From the NCBI GenBank assembly GCA_944381965.1, contig CALWMO010000001.1:5442-69441 (forward strand): a stretch of 64,000 nt of DNA. The letters run 5' to 3'. Source of the DNA: an uncultured Butyricicoccus sp. (GTDB taxonomy: Bacteria; Bacillota; Clostridia; Oscillospirales; Butyricicoccaceae). The notes beneath the pieces are model-generated. The model saw only the letters and a program-made list of their open reading frames with translations, was not told where the DNA came from and searched no databases. Of the stretch, positions 50,382 to 60,764 are shown one piece after another. How positions within the stretch are numbered: position 1 is the first letter of the stretch; each line of letters opens with the position of its first letter. The position numbers were made by a program, and so were the translations under genes.

Positions 50382-51335
50382 ATGACTTTGCGTAGATTTT
50401 TCCGTATTTTAAGGCGATGGACATTTTTAGCTATTATAATAGCTGGTTTGTTTTTTGGTGGAAAATTTGTATATAATTCATTTTTTTCATACACACATGA
50501 TAATTCCTTAGACAATGCATCTGATGAAGAACTTGCGGTTAATATAAAACCACAGACAGGAGTCACTAACATAGCTTTGTTTGGTGTTGATACACGTTCA
50601 AATGGTGAACCAGTGCGTTCTGACTCTATGATGATAATGTCAGTAGACTCAGATAATGGCACAATAAAACTTGTGTCACTTATGCGTGATAGCAGAGTCG
50701 AGGTGGAAGACCACGGCACACAAAAGCTCTGTCATGCTTATAGTTTTGGTGGAGCTAAACTTGCAATCAAAACAATAAATCAGTCTTTTGGCTTAGATAT
50801 AACTGATTATGCAGAGGTTAACTTTCAGCAAATGTCAGAGCTTATAGAGGCAATAGGTGGAGTTAATATTGATGTATCAGATGCTGAGAGAAAAGAGGCT
50901 AATAAATATATCACAGAATATTATGAGTCCTATGGTTTAGAGCCTATTCTGATTGAGCAAACTGGTTATCAGCGTTTAAATGGTGTACAAGCTATGACAT
51001 ATGCCAGAATAAGAAAAGGTGGTACAGGTGACGATTGGGGAAGAGTAGAAAGGCAAGGTATAGTTTTAAATGCAATGTTTGATGAAATAAAGAATAAATC
51101 ACTTCCAGAGCTTATAACGCTTATGCCTAAGCTTATGCCTTATATCACAACATCACTTACTAAAACAGAGATGATTTCACTTGCAAAGGGTGCTTTATCA
51201 AAGGGCATACCTGAAATTGAGCATTATAGAGTACCGGAAGACGGTCAGTGGAATTATGGTGGAAGCAATGATGAATATATAGTCTATGATTTAAATAAGG
51301 CAGCCGAAACTATAGATAATTATTTATATACATGA
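50382..51335 (+). CDS. LytR-CpsA-Psr (LCP) family protein
   Basis: N-terminal TM, NIALFGVD, RSDSMM, SLMRD, YARIR, R..RQ. Confidence 0.92.
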   Translation: MTLRRFFRILRRWTFLAIIIAGLFFGGKFVYNSFFSYTHDNSLDNASDEELAVNIKPQTGVTNIALFGVDTRSNGEPVRSDSMMIMSVDSDNGTIKLVSLMRDSRVEVEDHGTQKLCHAYSFGGAKLAIKTINQSFGLDITDYAEVNFQQMSELIEAIGGVNIDVSDAERKEANKYITEYYESYGLEPILIEQTGYQRLNGVQAMTYARIRKGGTGDDWGRVERQGIVLNAMFDEIKNKSLPELITLMPKLMPYITTSLTKTEMISLAKGALSKGIPEIEHYRVPEDGQWNYGGSNDEYIVYDLNKAAETIDNYLYT

Positions 51336-51414
51336 TTTCTCTTTAATATGTTCACCAAATATTCAAAATACTAGGTTATACTTCTCTATATTGATGATTT
51401 TGGAGGGGATAAAT

Positions 51415-52092
51415 ATGGCTGTAATTTTAATTGCAGATGATGAAGTTAGAATTCGCAGGCTAGTAGCCGATTTTTTAAAACGTGATGGACATACAATGCT
51501 TGAAGCATCAAATGGTGAGGAAGCAATCAGACTTATTGAAGAACATGGCGAAATAGAGCTTGCAATTTTAGATGTTATGATGCCAGAACAAGACGGTTTT
51601 TCTGTACTTCGTCATATAAGAGAGCAAGAACTTACTGCAAAGCTGCCTGTTATGATGCTAACAGCTAGAGCAGAAGAATTAGACCAACTCCACGGCTTGC
51701 AAAGTGGTGCAGATGATTATGTAACAAAACCATTTTCGCCACTTGTATTATGTGCAAGAGTTAAAAACCTTCTGCTTAGAGCGGGTAAAAGCGAGGACAG
51801 CAATGCACATAAATTTGGTGAATTAGATATTGATGAAATACGTCATGAGGTTCGTTTGAATGGTGAAGATATTGGTCTTACACCAAAAGAATATGAACTT
51901 ATGATATATTTTAAAAATAATAGAGGTATTGCTCTTTCAAGAGAGAAAATTTTAAATGCTGTATGGGGTTATGATTATTTTGGTGACCTCAGAACGGTAG
52001 ATACCCATATCAAAAAATTAAGAGCAAAACTCGGTGAATATGGCAGTAAAATAGAAACTGTTCGTGGTTATGGTTATAGATTTGAGGTATAA
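51415..52092 (+). CDS. OmpR-family response regulator
   Basis: ADDE, LDVMMP, GADDYVTKPF, RTVDTHIKKLR, VRGYGY. Confidence 0.95.
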   Translation: MAVILIADDEVRIRRLVADFLKRDGHTMLEASNGEEAIRLIEEHGEIELAILDVMMPEQDGFSVLRHIREQELTAKLPVMMLTARAEELDQLHGLQSGADDYVTKPFSPLVLCARVKNLLLRAGKSEDSNAHKFGELDIDEIRHEVRLNGEDIGLTPKEYELMIYFKNNRGIALSREKILNAVWGYDYFGDLRTVDTHIKKLRAKLGEYGSKIETVRGYGYRFEV

Positions 52093-52112
52093 CCATAAAA
52101 AAGGGGGCAACT

Positions 52113-52577
52113 ATGGCTTTTGGTATTGAAGATATAAAGCGTATTTATGAAGAAGAAGAACTTAAATTTGCATATGAACCTGAATATCAGCTTATAAGAT
52201 TCTCTATGAATGTAGAGGCAACATCGGATGTTAGATTTATTGCAAGAATAGTAAATTCTAAAACAGCTTTGTTTACAACAATTCTTCCGATGAATGTACC
52301 CGAAAAAATGCGAAAACCTGTAAGTGAATATCTTACAATGGTAAATTATGAATTGCTGCTTGGAAATTTTCAGCTCGACTTTATAGATGGTGAGCTGAGT
52401 TATAAAGCTGTTGCTGCATTTGAAGAAGACTCGGGTTTAGCTGATATGACAGTTATCAGACTGACTTATGTCGGGTTTAATATGTTTGATAAATATATTT
52501 CGGGTGTTTTTGCGATAATATATGGCGGAAAATCGCCACAAGAAGCATTTAATGAAATAAATGACGATGATGAATAA
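52113..52577 (+). CDS. YbjN-domain protein
   Basis: EYLTMVNY..LGNFQLD..DGEL pattern; acidic. Confidence 0.7.
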   Translation: MAFGIEDIKRIYEEEELKFAYEPEYQLIRFSMNVEATSDVRFIARIVNSKTALFTTILPMNVPEKMRKPVSEYLTMVNYELLLGNFQLDFIDGELSYKAVAAFEEDSGLADMTVIRLTYVGFNMFDKYISGVFAIIYGGKSPQEAFNEINDDDE

Positions 52578-52585
52578 AGTTATTT

Positions 52586-52620
52586 AAAGGGACGGTTTAT
52601 ATAAAAATCGTCCTTTTTTT
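52586..52620 (+). terminator. Terminator between ybjN-like gene and kinase
   Basis: AAAGGGACGGTTT / AAATCGTCCTTTT plus T-run. Confidence 0.7.
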
Positions 52621-52650
52621 AAAAACTTAGTATTTTTTAAAGGTGGAAAA

Positions 52651-54177
52651 ATGAAATCTATAAAAATAAAATTTTTTGCTGCTATTTGTGCTATTGCAAT
52701 AGCTTTTGTGGGCATTTTAAGTGTTATAAGTCTTAGTTTTTATGATAATTATTATCTTTGGCAAAGAGAAAAATCTCTCACAGATGTTTACATTAATTTA
52801 TGCAAAGCTAGTAGACAGGGTGATGAGCAGTTTATAAATGAAATTATTTATAATGAAGATACAGAAGGAGTAAGAGTTTCGGTGATATCAAAAAATGGCA
52901 CTGTAATATATGATTCAACTATGAACGAACAGCTTACAGGCATAGAAAAAACAGGCGAAACTCTATTTTATGGATTAAAAATCGCACAAAATGCAGTAAA
53001 TACAGCTGATAAACAAAAGATAGAAGCGACTGGAATGGATTTTGTAAATGTATATGACAAAGCCCGTGCAGAAGAATTTTTATGTTTAGTTGGTGTTTTG
53101 GACAACACAGGAAATTATATTATAGCTCGTATACCTTTTACATATTTAGAGCAAAATTCAAGCTTTAATTTGTTGTTTTTAGGTGTTTCAGGCGGTTTAA
53201 CACTGATTATATGTATTATTTTAGCGTTTATTATTGCAAGACATTTTACAAATCCACTTATTGCAATAGCTGATGTTGCAAATGCTATGGCAGAAATGGA
53301 CTTTTCCAAGAAATACGAGGGAAATTTAAATGATGAGATAGGAAGATTAGGTCTTTCTATAAACAGATTATCTGAACATTTAGAGCAGACAATAGCACAG
53401 CTAAAAAGCACAAATGTAAGACTTGAGCATGAAATAAAGCAAAAAGAAAAAATAGATAATATGCGTCAGGAGTTTATTGTAAATGTATCCCATGAGCTTA
53501 AAACACCTATTGCACTTATACAAGGTTATGCAGAGGGGTTACAAGAGGGTATAGCTGAAAGCGAAGAAGACAGAGATTATTACTGCACAACCATTGCAGA
53601 TGAAGCAAGAAGAATGAATAAAATGGTTATGCAGCTTTTGAGTCTGTCTAAACTTGAGCTTAACGGACAGGAAAATATAAATATAAGTGAAATAGATATA
53701 GATGAGCTTATAAATACCTCAACAAGCAAAGCCAGAGTATTAGCAGATGCTAAAAGTCAAGACATACAAACTATTTCAAGCGGGCTTATTATTTATAGTG
53801 ATTATGGAATGATAGAGCAGGTTGTGAATAATTATCTAAGCAATGCAATAAGATATACACCAGAGGGCGGAAAAATAATTGTTTCTGCATATAGACAGCT
53901 TGACGGTGTGCAAATCAGTGTATTTAATGAAGGTGAAGGCTTGCCAGAAAGTGAAATACCTAAACTATGGGAAAAGTTTTACAGAACAGACAAAGCTCGT
54001 TCTCGTGAGCTTGGTGGCACAGGTGTTGGTCTTAGCATTGTAAAGGCAACAGCTGAAGTTTTAGGCGGTAAATGTGATGCAAGAAATGTAAATAACGGTA
54101 TAGAATTTACATTCTTTTTGCCTGATAACAAGATTAAAGCTTTACCACCTGCAAATCTGTCAAATGATGAAAAATAA
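52651..54177 (+). CDS. HAMP-domain sensor histidine kinase
   Basis: Two TMs, HAMP, SHELKTP, NYLSNA, FYRTD, GGTGVGL. Confidence 0.95.
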   Translation: MKSIKIKFFAAICAIAIAFVGILSVISLSFYDNYYLWQREKSLTDVYINLCKASRQGDEQFINEIIYNEDTEGVRVSVISKNGTVIYDSTMNEQLTGIEKTGETLFYGLKIAQNAVNTADKQKIEATGMDFVNVYDKARAEEFLCLVGVLDNTGNYIIARIPFTYLEQNSSFNLLFLGVSGGLTLIICIILAFIIARHFTNPLIAIADVANAMAEMDFSKKYEGNLNDEIGRLGLSINRLSEHLEQTIAQLKSTNVRLEHEIKQKEKIDNMRQEFIVNVSHELKTPIALIQGYAEGLQEGIAESEEDRDYYCTTIADEARRMNKMVMQLLSLSKLELNGQENINISEIDIDELINTSTSKARVLADAKSQDIQTISSGLIIYSDYGMIEQVVNNYLSNAIRYTPEGGKIIVSAYRQLDGVQISVFNEGEGLPESEIPKLWEKFYRTDKARSRELGGTGVGLSIVKATAEVLGGKCDARNVNNGIEFTFFLPDNKIKALPPANLSNDEK

Positions 54178-54274
54178 TGCAAAACTATAGACTTTTTATG
54201 TTGTCGTAAATTTTCAGTTGCGTTTTTTTCAAAACTTCGGTATTATAGATAAGAACAATAAGGAGGAAATCGCA

Positions 54275-54946
54275 ATGAAAAAAAATATTGTATCCGCATT
54301 GCTCGCACTTACATGCGTTTTTTCTATGACAGCTTGTAATAAGACAAAAACAGATGCTTCAAGTTCTGAAACAGAATCTAAAACTAGTATTCAAAGCGAG
54401 ATAGGCAGTTCTACTTCTGCATCTACTCAGCCAGAAAATAATCAAGATGCAATAGTATCAAATGAATTATCAGTTTCTGAGGCTAGAGATATCGTAGCTG
54501 AAACTATTGATACTAATACTTATCTAATTTTAGATGGAAAGACAAACCTTGAAATTGACTCTAATAAATATCATACTTTTATAATCGCCAATAAATCAGA
54601 TAATAAAGCAGTAGGTCAAATTGCTGTCGACTGCAAAACTGGTGAAAAGTTTAATTATAAAGGCGAAAATACAATAGAAGACTATTCTAATTTTAAACTT
54701 TATGACCCAAAGGTTGATATACAAGCTAGTTGGGAAGGTATATTAACTGATGGAACAAGAACACTTGAGCTCTTACCAATGGATGATAAATCATTTGAAT
54801 ATATGATAGATGATGGTGAAGATAGCGGTATAGCACAAGCGACTGGTAACACTGCAAAAGATATTTCTCGTGATGTTACTTTCACTTATGGAGAAGATGG
54901 AAGTATAACTATTTCAGGTGAAATAACAGGTGTGTTTACCAGATAA
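54275..54946 (+). CDS. Putative lipoprotein
   Basis: MKK + hydrophobic + MTAC lipobox; Ser/Thr-rich linker. Confidence 0.75.
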   Translation: MKKNIVSALLALTCVFSMTACNKTKTDASSSETESKTSIQSEIGSSTSASTQPENNQDAIVSNELSVSEARDIVAETIDTNTYLILDGKTNLEIDSNKYHTFIIANKSDNKAVGQIAVDCKTGEKFNYKGENTIEDYSNFKLYDPKVDIQASWEGILTDGTRTLELLPMDDKSFEYMIDDGEDSGIAQATGNTAKDISRDVTFTYGEDGSITISGEITGVFTR

Positions 54947-54958
54947 AAGGAGAAAAGT

Positions 54959-55795
54959 ATGATAGAGATTTTAAAGGCGATATTTCTTGGCATAGTTGAG
55001 GGTATCACCGAATGGCTGCCTGTATCTAGTACAGGTCATATGATTTTAGTAGATGAGTTTTTACAGCTTAAAGCATCTGAGTCGTTTAAAGAACTGTTTT
55101 TCGTTGTAATTCAGTTTGGTGCAATTTTAGCTGTACTTACTATCTATTTTAAAAGATTTATTCCTTTTAAACAAAATAGTAAAGGTCAAACAGTTACAGA
55201 CCCTAAAGTATTTCGCTTATGGCTTAAAATTATAATCGCTTGTATTCCAGCGGCTGTTATTGGTATCTTATTTGATGATGTTTTTACAGCCCTATTCTAC
55301 AATTTCCAAACAGTGGGTCTTGCACTTATTATATTTGGTGTTGCATTTATCATGGTTGAAAACCAAAACGAAGGCAAACGCACAAGAGTGCAAACTGTAA
55401 ATGACATAAGCTATAAAGATGCTTTTATTATTGGTTTATTTCAGTTAATAGCGGCTGTTTTCCCAGGGACATCTCGTTCTGGTGCTACAATCTTGGGCAG
55501 TATTGCAATCGGTATTTCACGAGCTGCCGCCGCTGAATTTACATTCTTTTTAGCTGTACCTGTTATGTTTGGTGCAAGCTTGCTTAAGTTCTTTAAACTA
55601 GGCTTTGCGTATAGTGCTTTTGAATGGTTAATACTCGCTATTGGCACTGTGACAGCTTATATTGTATCTATATTTGCAATTAAATTCCTAATGGGTTATG
55701 TTAAAAAGCATGATTTTAAGGTTTTTGGTTGGTATCGTATAGTTTTAGGCGGCATTGTAATGGCTTATTGGGTATTTACTGTTTTGTTTAGCTAA
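54959..55795 (+). CDS. uppP: Undecaprenyl-diphosphate phosphatase
   Basis: EGITEWLPVSSTGH, PGTSRSG, FGWYR. Confidence 0.96.
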   Translation: MIEILKAIFLGIVEGITEWLPVSSTGHMILVDEFLQLKASESFKELFFVVIQFGAILAVLTIYFKRFIPFKQNSKGQTVTDPKVFRLWLKIIIACIPAAVIGILFDDVFTALFYNFQTVGLALIIFGVAFIMVENQNEGKRTRVQTVNDISYKDAFIIGLFQLIAAVFPGTSRSGATILGSIAIGISRAAAAEFTFFLAVPVMFGASLLKFFKLGFAYSAFEWLILAIGTVTAYIVSIFAIKFLMGYVKKHDFKVFGWYRIVLGGIVMAYWVFTVLFS

Positions 55796-55865
55796 CGACG
55801 TTTTTAACTTGAATATATATCCCCTCTCTGGTATGATAAAAATATACGAGAGGGGGTATTTTTTT

Positions 55866-56588
55866 ATGAAATGTCCAAAATGCGGTATAAACTATGATGA
55901 TTCTGACAGAGAGTGTCCAATGTGTGGTGCACCTAAACCACTTTTTGCAAAGGATAAATCACAACTTGCAAAAACAACCGCACGCCCTGCAAAAAGTGAT
56001 GAAAAACGTGATAATATGGGCAGTATTTTAGACTTAGGCTCGAATAATAATAAAAATTCTTGGTCTAAGCCTAAAAAAAGTGGTAAAAATAAAATTGGTA
56101 TTATTGTGATAGTAGCAGTTGTGATTATAAACTTTATTCCAGCTTTAGTAGGTTTGTTGAGCAATCTGGTATCGGATATTCCCGAGCAAATAGGAAATTT
56201 AACAGTACAAGTTGAACCTGAACCAGATATATCTATTGATTTAACCAATAGTTATATATTAGATAATGATGAAATTCAGTTTGATATATTTAGTGATGGA
56301 ACATACAATATAACTGGTATGGATTTTAATGAATATGGAGCAATAGCAACAGAATATTATGATGATTTAAAAGTGCCTGAATATGAAACTTTTCTTGATA
56401 ATAACAACTTTGTAGCAGACGATTTTAATGTATTTGTATATTGTATATTTGAAAATTTAACAGAAGAAAGTAGATATATTTTAGTATTAGAAAGCAAAAA
56501 CAGTGAATATATATTTTTCTATGATTTAAATAAAGATATACCTTGGCTTGATGATAATGTTTTTGTTGAGGGATATGCTGTTATATAA
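55866..56588 (+). CDS. Zinc-ribbon membrane protein
   Basis: CPKCG...CPMCG, one TM, acidic C-domain; start ATG 55866. Confidence 0.7.
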   Translation: MKCPKCGINYDDSDRECPMCGAPKPLFAKDKSQLAKTTARPAKSDEKRDNMGSILDLGSNNNKNSWSKPKKSGKNKIGIIVIVAVVIINFIPALVGLLSNLVSDIPEQIGNLTVQVEPEPDISIDLTNSYILDNDEIQFDIFSDGTYNITGMDFNEYGAIATEYYDDLKVPEYETFLDNNNFVADDFNVFVYCIFENLTEESRYILVLESKNSEYIFFYDLNKDIPWLDDNVFVEGYAVI

Positions 56589-56700
56589 TAAATTTTAATA
56601 TAAGTATAATAAATACTAATATATAAAACATAGAAACATAAATTATGCTTATGGTATAATTTTTAAATATGGTGATTGAAAATTTTAAGGAGGAACAAAA

Positions 56701-57615
56701 ATGGCACTATCTAAACAGGATATTATGCGAGTAAAACTGATGGGTTTTCTGCATAACAGAGATACCGATATGTTTTCATGTCGAGTTATCACAGGAAATG
56801 GCACTTTAACCGCACAGCAGTTACAAGCAGTAGGTCAGATTGCAGAAAAATATGGCAATGGAACATGTGCTTTTACCACTCGTATGACAGTAGAATTTGC
56901 TGGCGTACCTTATGATAAAATTGATGAGGTAGTAGCAGAGCTTGCTAAATATGACCTGACAACCGGCGGTACTGGTGCAAAAGTTCGTCCTGTAACCGCT
57001 TGTAAAGGCACAACTTGTGTATTTGGTTTTTATGACACTCAAGAACTTGGTCAAAAGGTGCATGATAGATTTTATGTGGGCATGGGTAATGTAAGATTAC
57101 CTCATAAATTTAAAATTGCAGTTGGTGGCTGTCCAAACAACTGTATAAAACCAGATTTAAATGATTTTGGTATTGTAGGTCAGCACCCTCCTAAGTTACA
57201 TGAGGAGCTTTGTAAAGGCTGTAAGCTTTGTGAAAAGTTCTGTCGTATGGGTTGTATGAAGGTTGTAGATAAGAAAATGCAACGTGATACAAGCGTATGT
57301 AATAACTGTGGTTACTGTGTAGGCAAATGCCCATTTAAAGCTATTTATTCAGAAGAAATTGCATATAAATTATATATTGGTGGTAGATGGGGCAGAGTTA
57401 CTCGTCATGGTACTGCACTTCCAGGGCTTTATACCGAAGAGCAAGCTTTAGATATGATTGAAAAAGCTATGTTATTATTTAAAGACCAAGGCGTTAAGGG
57501 TGAGCGTTTTGCAGCAATGATTGATAGAATTGGCGAAGACAAAGCTATTGATATGCTGTTAAATGGCGATTTGATGGAACGCAAAGAAGAAATTTTAGCT
57601 AAAGAAATCGTATAA
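56701..57615 (+). CDS. Nitrite/sulfite reductase-like 4Fe-4S protein (AsrC-like)
   Basis: FTTR, CKGTTC, PHKFKIAVGGCPNNC, two ferredoxin Cys clusters, GGRWG. Confidence 0.85.
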   Translation: MALSKQDIMRVKLMGFLHNRDTDMFSCRVITGNGTLTAQQLQAVGQIAEKYGNGTCAFTTRMTVEFAGVPYDKIDEVVAELAKYDLTTGGTGAKVRPVTACKGTTCVFGFYDTQELGQKVHDRFYVGMGNVRLPHKFKIAVGGCPNNCIKPDLNDFGIVGQHPPKLHEELCKGCKLCEKFCRMGCMKVVDKKMQRDTSVCNNCGYCVGKCPFKAIYSEEIAYKLYIGGRWGRVTRHGTALPGLYTEEQALDMIEKAMLLFKDQGVKGERFAAMIDRIGEDKAIDMLLNGDLMERKEEILAKEIV

Positions 57616-57623
57616 ATTATATT

Positions 57624-57657
57624 AAGCATGGTGAAGAAACATTTCACCATGCTTTTT
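57624..57657 (+). terminator. Intrinsic terminator
   Basis: AAGCATGGTGAA / TTCACCATGCTT plus T-run. Confidence 0.8.
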
Positions 57658-57708
57658 GTGTTGCAAAAAAATAAAAAATTAGATAAGATAATAAAGGGGG
57701 TGCAGTCT

Positions 57709-59250
57709 ATGAATGAAAAAAATAATAAAAACACACAAAAAAAGGAAAAAAATATAACACAAATACTGCATCCATTTGTAGTGATATTTGGAGCGGCTTT
57801 GTTTGCAATGATTTTAACTTTTGTTGTCCCGCTCGGACGATATGAGGTAAAAGAGGTTTCTTATGTGCTTGATGGAGTTCAGCAGTCAAGCAAAATGGTA
57901 GATGCTAATAGTTTCCGTTATGTTCTTGATGAGGACGGGCAAAAAGTTGTATATCCAGCACCGTTATTTGGTGTTTCGGCACATAAAGAACTTGGAATTA
58001 TGAATGTTATGTTTGCAGGGCTTAGAGGCAGTACACAAGCGGCTGGAACAGTAGGGCTTATACCATTTTTACTTGTGATGGGTGGTTCATTTGGTATATT
58101 AATGAGAACTGGTGTTATAGACCAATTTATTTTACGTATTGCTAAACGTACAGAAGATTTTGTTATGATTATACCGCCCATATTATTTTTGATTTTTTCT
58201 TTAAGCGGTGCATTATTTGGTTTTACTGAATATATAATACCTATAACTATGATTATTATACCAATGGTGGTTGCAATGGATTTTGATGCTATAACTGGTG
58301 TTATATGTACTTATGGTGCTGTGCAAATAGGTACAGCTTTTAGCTGGACAGCGTCATCTAATTTGATTATGATTCAGACACTTGCAGGTGTTCCAATTGA
58401 ATCTGGTCAGAAATTTAGAGTTATATCATGGTTTATTATAACATTTTTATGTATTATATATGTGACTATACGAGCATGGAATATACATACAGGCAGTAAA
58501 AAAGCTATTTCATATAAAAATGATTCACTTCTAAGAGGTAAAATTAAAAATATTAGAGATAGAAAAATACCATACGGTGTGGGTAGCAGACTTATTATGT
58601 TAACCTCTTTATTGTCTTTTGTTTGGATGATATGGGGTATAACATTTAAAGAGTATAGCTTATTTGAAATAGCATCAATATTTTTTACTATGGCTATTGT
58701 AGTTGGTTCTATTGGTACATTTTATCACTTAAATGGTATGCAGTTTGCTGATATACCAAAAGCATTTCAGTCAGGTGCGGCTGATTTTTTAGGTGCAGTA
58801 ATTGCAATAGGTATGGCACAAGGTATGGTGTTGCTTTTAGGCGGTATAGACCCAACCGCAGCATCTGTGTTAAACACTTTACTTCACTGGGTAGTAAGAG
58901 TTTTAAGTTATGTGCCTAGTATGCTTGCGGCATGGGTTATGTATGGATTTCAGTTTGTATTTAACTTCTTTGTGCCTAATAATTCAGGGCAGGCGGCACT
59001 CACTATACCAATAATGGCACCGCTTGCGGAAAGTCTTGGTGTAAGCAGACAGATTTCTATTTTAGCTTTTCAGCTTGGAACAGGATTATCACATTTAATT
59101 ATGCCAACATCAGGTGTATTAATAGGTGTGCTTGCTATTTCGCATGTTAGTTGGGGTGAGTGGATTCGCTCACAATGGAAATGTATTTTATTTATCTTTA
59201 TAATAGGATTTATAATTTTAGGCACAGGTATAATGATTAATTATGCATAA
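57709..59250 (+). CDS. YfcC-family (DcuC-like) transporter
   Basis: HPFV, LTFVVP.G.Y, SGQAALTIPIMAPL, AFQLG.G, PTS; multi-TM. Confidence 0.85.
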   Translation: MNEKNNKNTQKKEKNITQILHPFVVIFGAALFAMILTFVVPLGRYEVKEVSYVLDGVQQSSKMVDANSFRYVLDEDGQKVVYPAPLFGVSAHKELGIMNVMFAGLRGSTQAAGTVGLIPFLLVMGGSFGILMRTGVIDQFILRIAKRTEDFVMIIPPILFLIFSLSGALFGFTEYIIPITMIIIPMVVAMDFDAITGVICTYGAVQIGTAFSWTASSNLIMIQTLAGVPIESGQKFRVISWFIITFLCIIYVTIRAWNIHTGSKKAISYKNDSLLRGKIKNIRDRKIPYGVGSRLIMLTSLLSFVWMIWGITFKEYSLFEIASIFFTMAIVVGSIGTFYHLNGMQFADIPKAFQSGAADFLGAVIAIGMAQGMVLLLGGIDPTAASVLNTLLHWVVRVLSYVPSMLAAWVMYGFQFVFNFFVPNNSGQAALTIPIMAPLAESLGVSRQISILAFQLGTGLSHLIMPTSGVLIGVLAISHVSWGEWIRSQWKCILFIFIIGFIILGTGIMINYA

Positions 59251-59253
59251 TAT

Positions 59254-59290
59254 AAACTGACACTAAAACTTATTTGGTGTCAGTTTTTTT
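59254..59290 (+). terminator. Intrinsic terminator
   Basis: AAACTGACACTAAA / TTTGGTGTCAGTTT plus T-run. Confidence 0.8.
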
Positions 59291-59360
59291 AAATATCACT
59301 TGTTTATCAGATAAAAGTTTGATATAATGAAAATCACCATTTAAAGGGGGGTTTTTACAA

Positions 59361-60725
59361 ATGAAACAAAGAGAAAAGTTTGGCTCAAGATTGGGCTTTA
59401 TTCTTATCTCAGCAGGCTGTGCTATCGGTCTGGGTAATGTGTGGCGTTTCCCATATATTACAGGTAAATATGGCGGTGCTGCATTTGTATTAGTTTATTT
59501 AGTGTTTTTGCTGTTTTTTGGACTGCCTATTATGGTTATGGAATTTTCAGTAGGTCGTGCAAGCCAGCAATCAGCAGCAAAATCATTCCATGTGCTTGAG
59601 CCTAAGGGTACTAAATGGCATTTATATAGCTATGGTGCTATGCTTGGCAACTATATGCTTATGGCGTACTATACCACAATAGGTGGCTGGATGGTAGCTT
59701 ACTTCTTTAAAATGATTATGGGTGATTTCGTTGGAAAAACACCTGAAGAAGTGGGCGGTATTTTTAACAATATGCTTGCTGACCCTATGTACATGCTGTT
59801 CTGGATGGTTATTACTGTACTTATCTGTTTTGGTGTATGCTCAAGAGGTCTTAAAAACGGTGTAGAAAAAGTAAATAAAGTTATGATGCTTGCACTGCTT
59901 GCAATTATGATTTTACTTGTTTTCCGCTCTGTAACTCTTGATGGTGCGGCAGAAGGCTTAAAGTTCTATTTAATGCCTGATTTTTCAAAGCTTTATGAGG
60001 CTAAAGGCGGATTGATGGAAACCATCTTCGCAGCTATGGGACAGGCATTTTTTACATTATCTCTTGGTATTGGTGCACTTGCTATCTTTGGTTCTTATAT
60101 TGATAAAGATAGAAGTCTCACAGGTGAAGCTATAAGTATCGGTGTGCTTGACACATTTGTTGCACTTACTGCGGGTCTTATTATTTTCCCAGCTGCATCT
60201 GCATTTAATGTAAAAGCCGATTCAGGCCCATCACTTATTTTTGTAACACTGCCTAATATCTTCGACAAAATGCCAGCTGGCAGACTTTGGGGTGCTTTAT
60301 TCTTTGTATTTATGTCATTTGCAGCATTTTCAACTATTATTGCTGTATTTGAAAATATAATCTCTTTTGGCATGGATTTATGGGGTTGGGATAGAAAGAA
60401 AACAGTTATTGTCAATCTGTTTGTAATTTTAATTATCTCACTTCCATGTGTATTTGGTTTTGGAATTGACATTCCTAAAATGGGTACAATTCAAGATTTA
60501 GAAGACTTTATTGTATCAAATAACCTTCTTCCACTTGGCTCTATAGTTTATCTGTTATTCTGTACCTCACGCTATGGTTGGGGCTGGAAAAACTTTATTG
60601 TAGAAGCTGACACTGGTAAAGGTTTAAAATTCCCAAGTGCTATAAGATTATATGTAACTTATATTTTACCGCTTATAGTTTTATTTGTATTTGTAATGGG
60701 ATATATTCAAAAGTTTGGTGCATAA
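59361..60725 (+). CDS. Sodium-dependent transporter (NSS/SNF family)
   Basis: GCAIGLGNVWRFPY, GQAFFTLS. Confidence 0.93.
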   Translation: MKQREKFGSRLGFILISAGCAIGLGNVWRFPYITGKYGGAAFVLVYLVFLLFFGLPIMVMEFSVGRASQQSAAKSFHVLEPKGTKWHLYSYGAMLGNYMLMAYYTTIGGWMVAYFFKMIMGDFVGKTPEEVGGIFNNMLADPMYMLFWMVITVLICFGVCSRGLKNGVEKVNKVMMLALLAIMILLVFRSVTLDGAAEGLKFYLMPDFSKLYEAKGGLMETIFAAMGQAFFTLSLGIGALAIFGSYIDKDRSLTGEAISIGVLDTFVALTAGLIIFPAASAFNVKADSGPSLIFVTLPNIFDKMPAGRLWGALFFVFMSFAAFSTIIAVFENIISFGMDLWGWDRKKTVIVNLFVILIISLPCVFGFGIDIPKMGTIQDLEDFIVSNNLLPLGSIVYLLFCTSRYGWGWKNFIVEADTGKGLKFPSAIRLYVTYILPLIVLFVFVMGYIQKFGA

Positions 60726-60728
60726 TAA

Positions 60729-60758
60729 AAATGCGTGTTGATTTATCAACACGCATTT
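60729..60758. terminator. Bidirectional terminator
   Basis: AAATGCGTGTTGA / TCAACACGCATTT. Confidence 0.85.
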
Positions 60759-60764
60759 ATTTTT

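Noticed and set aside
50245-51375. TTCACA-like direct repeats before the LCP and RR genes as regulator boxes
   Set aside because: Spacing is inconsistent between the two sites
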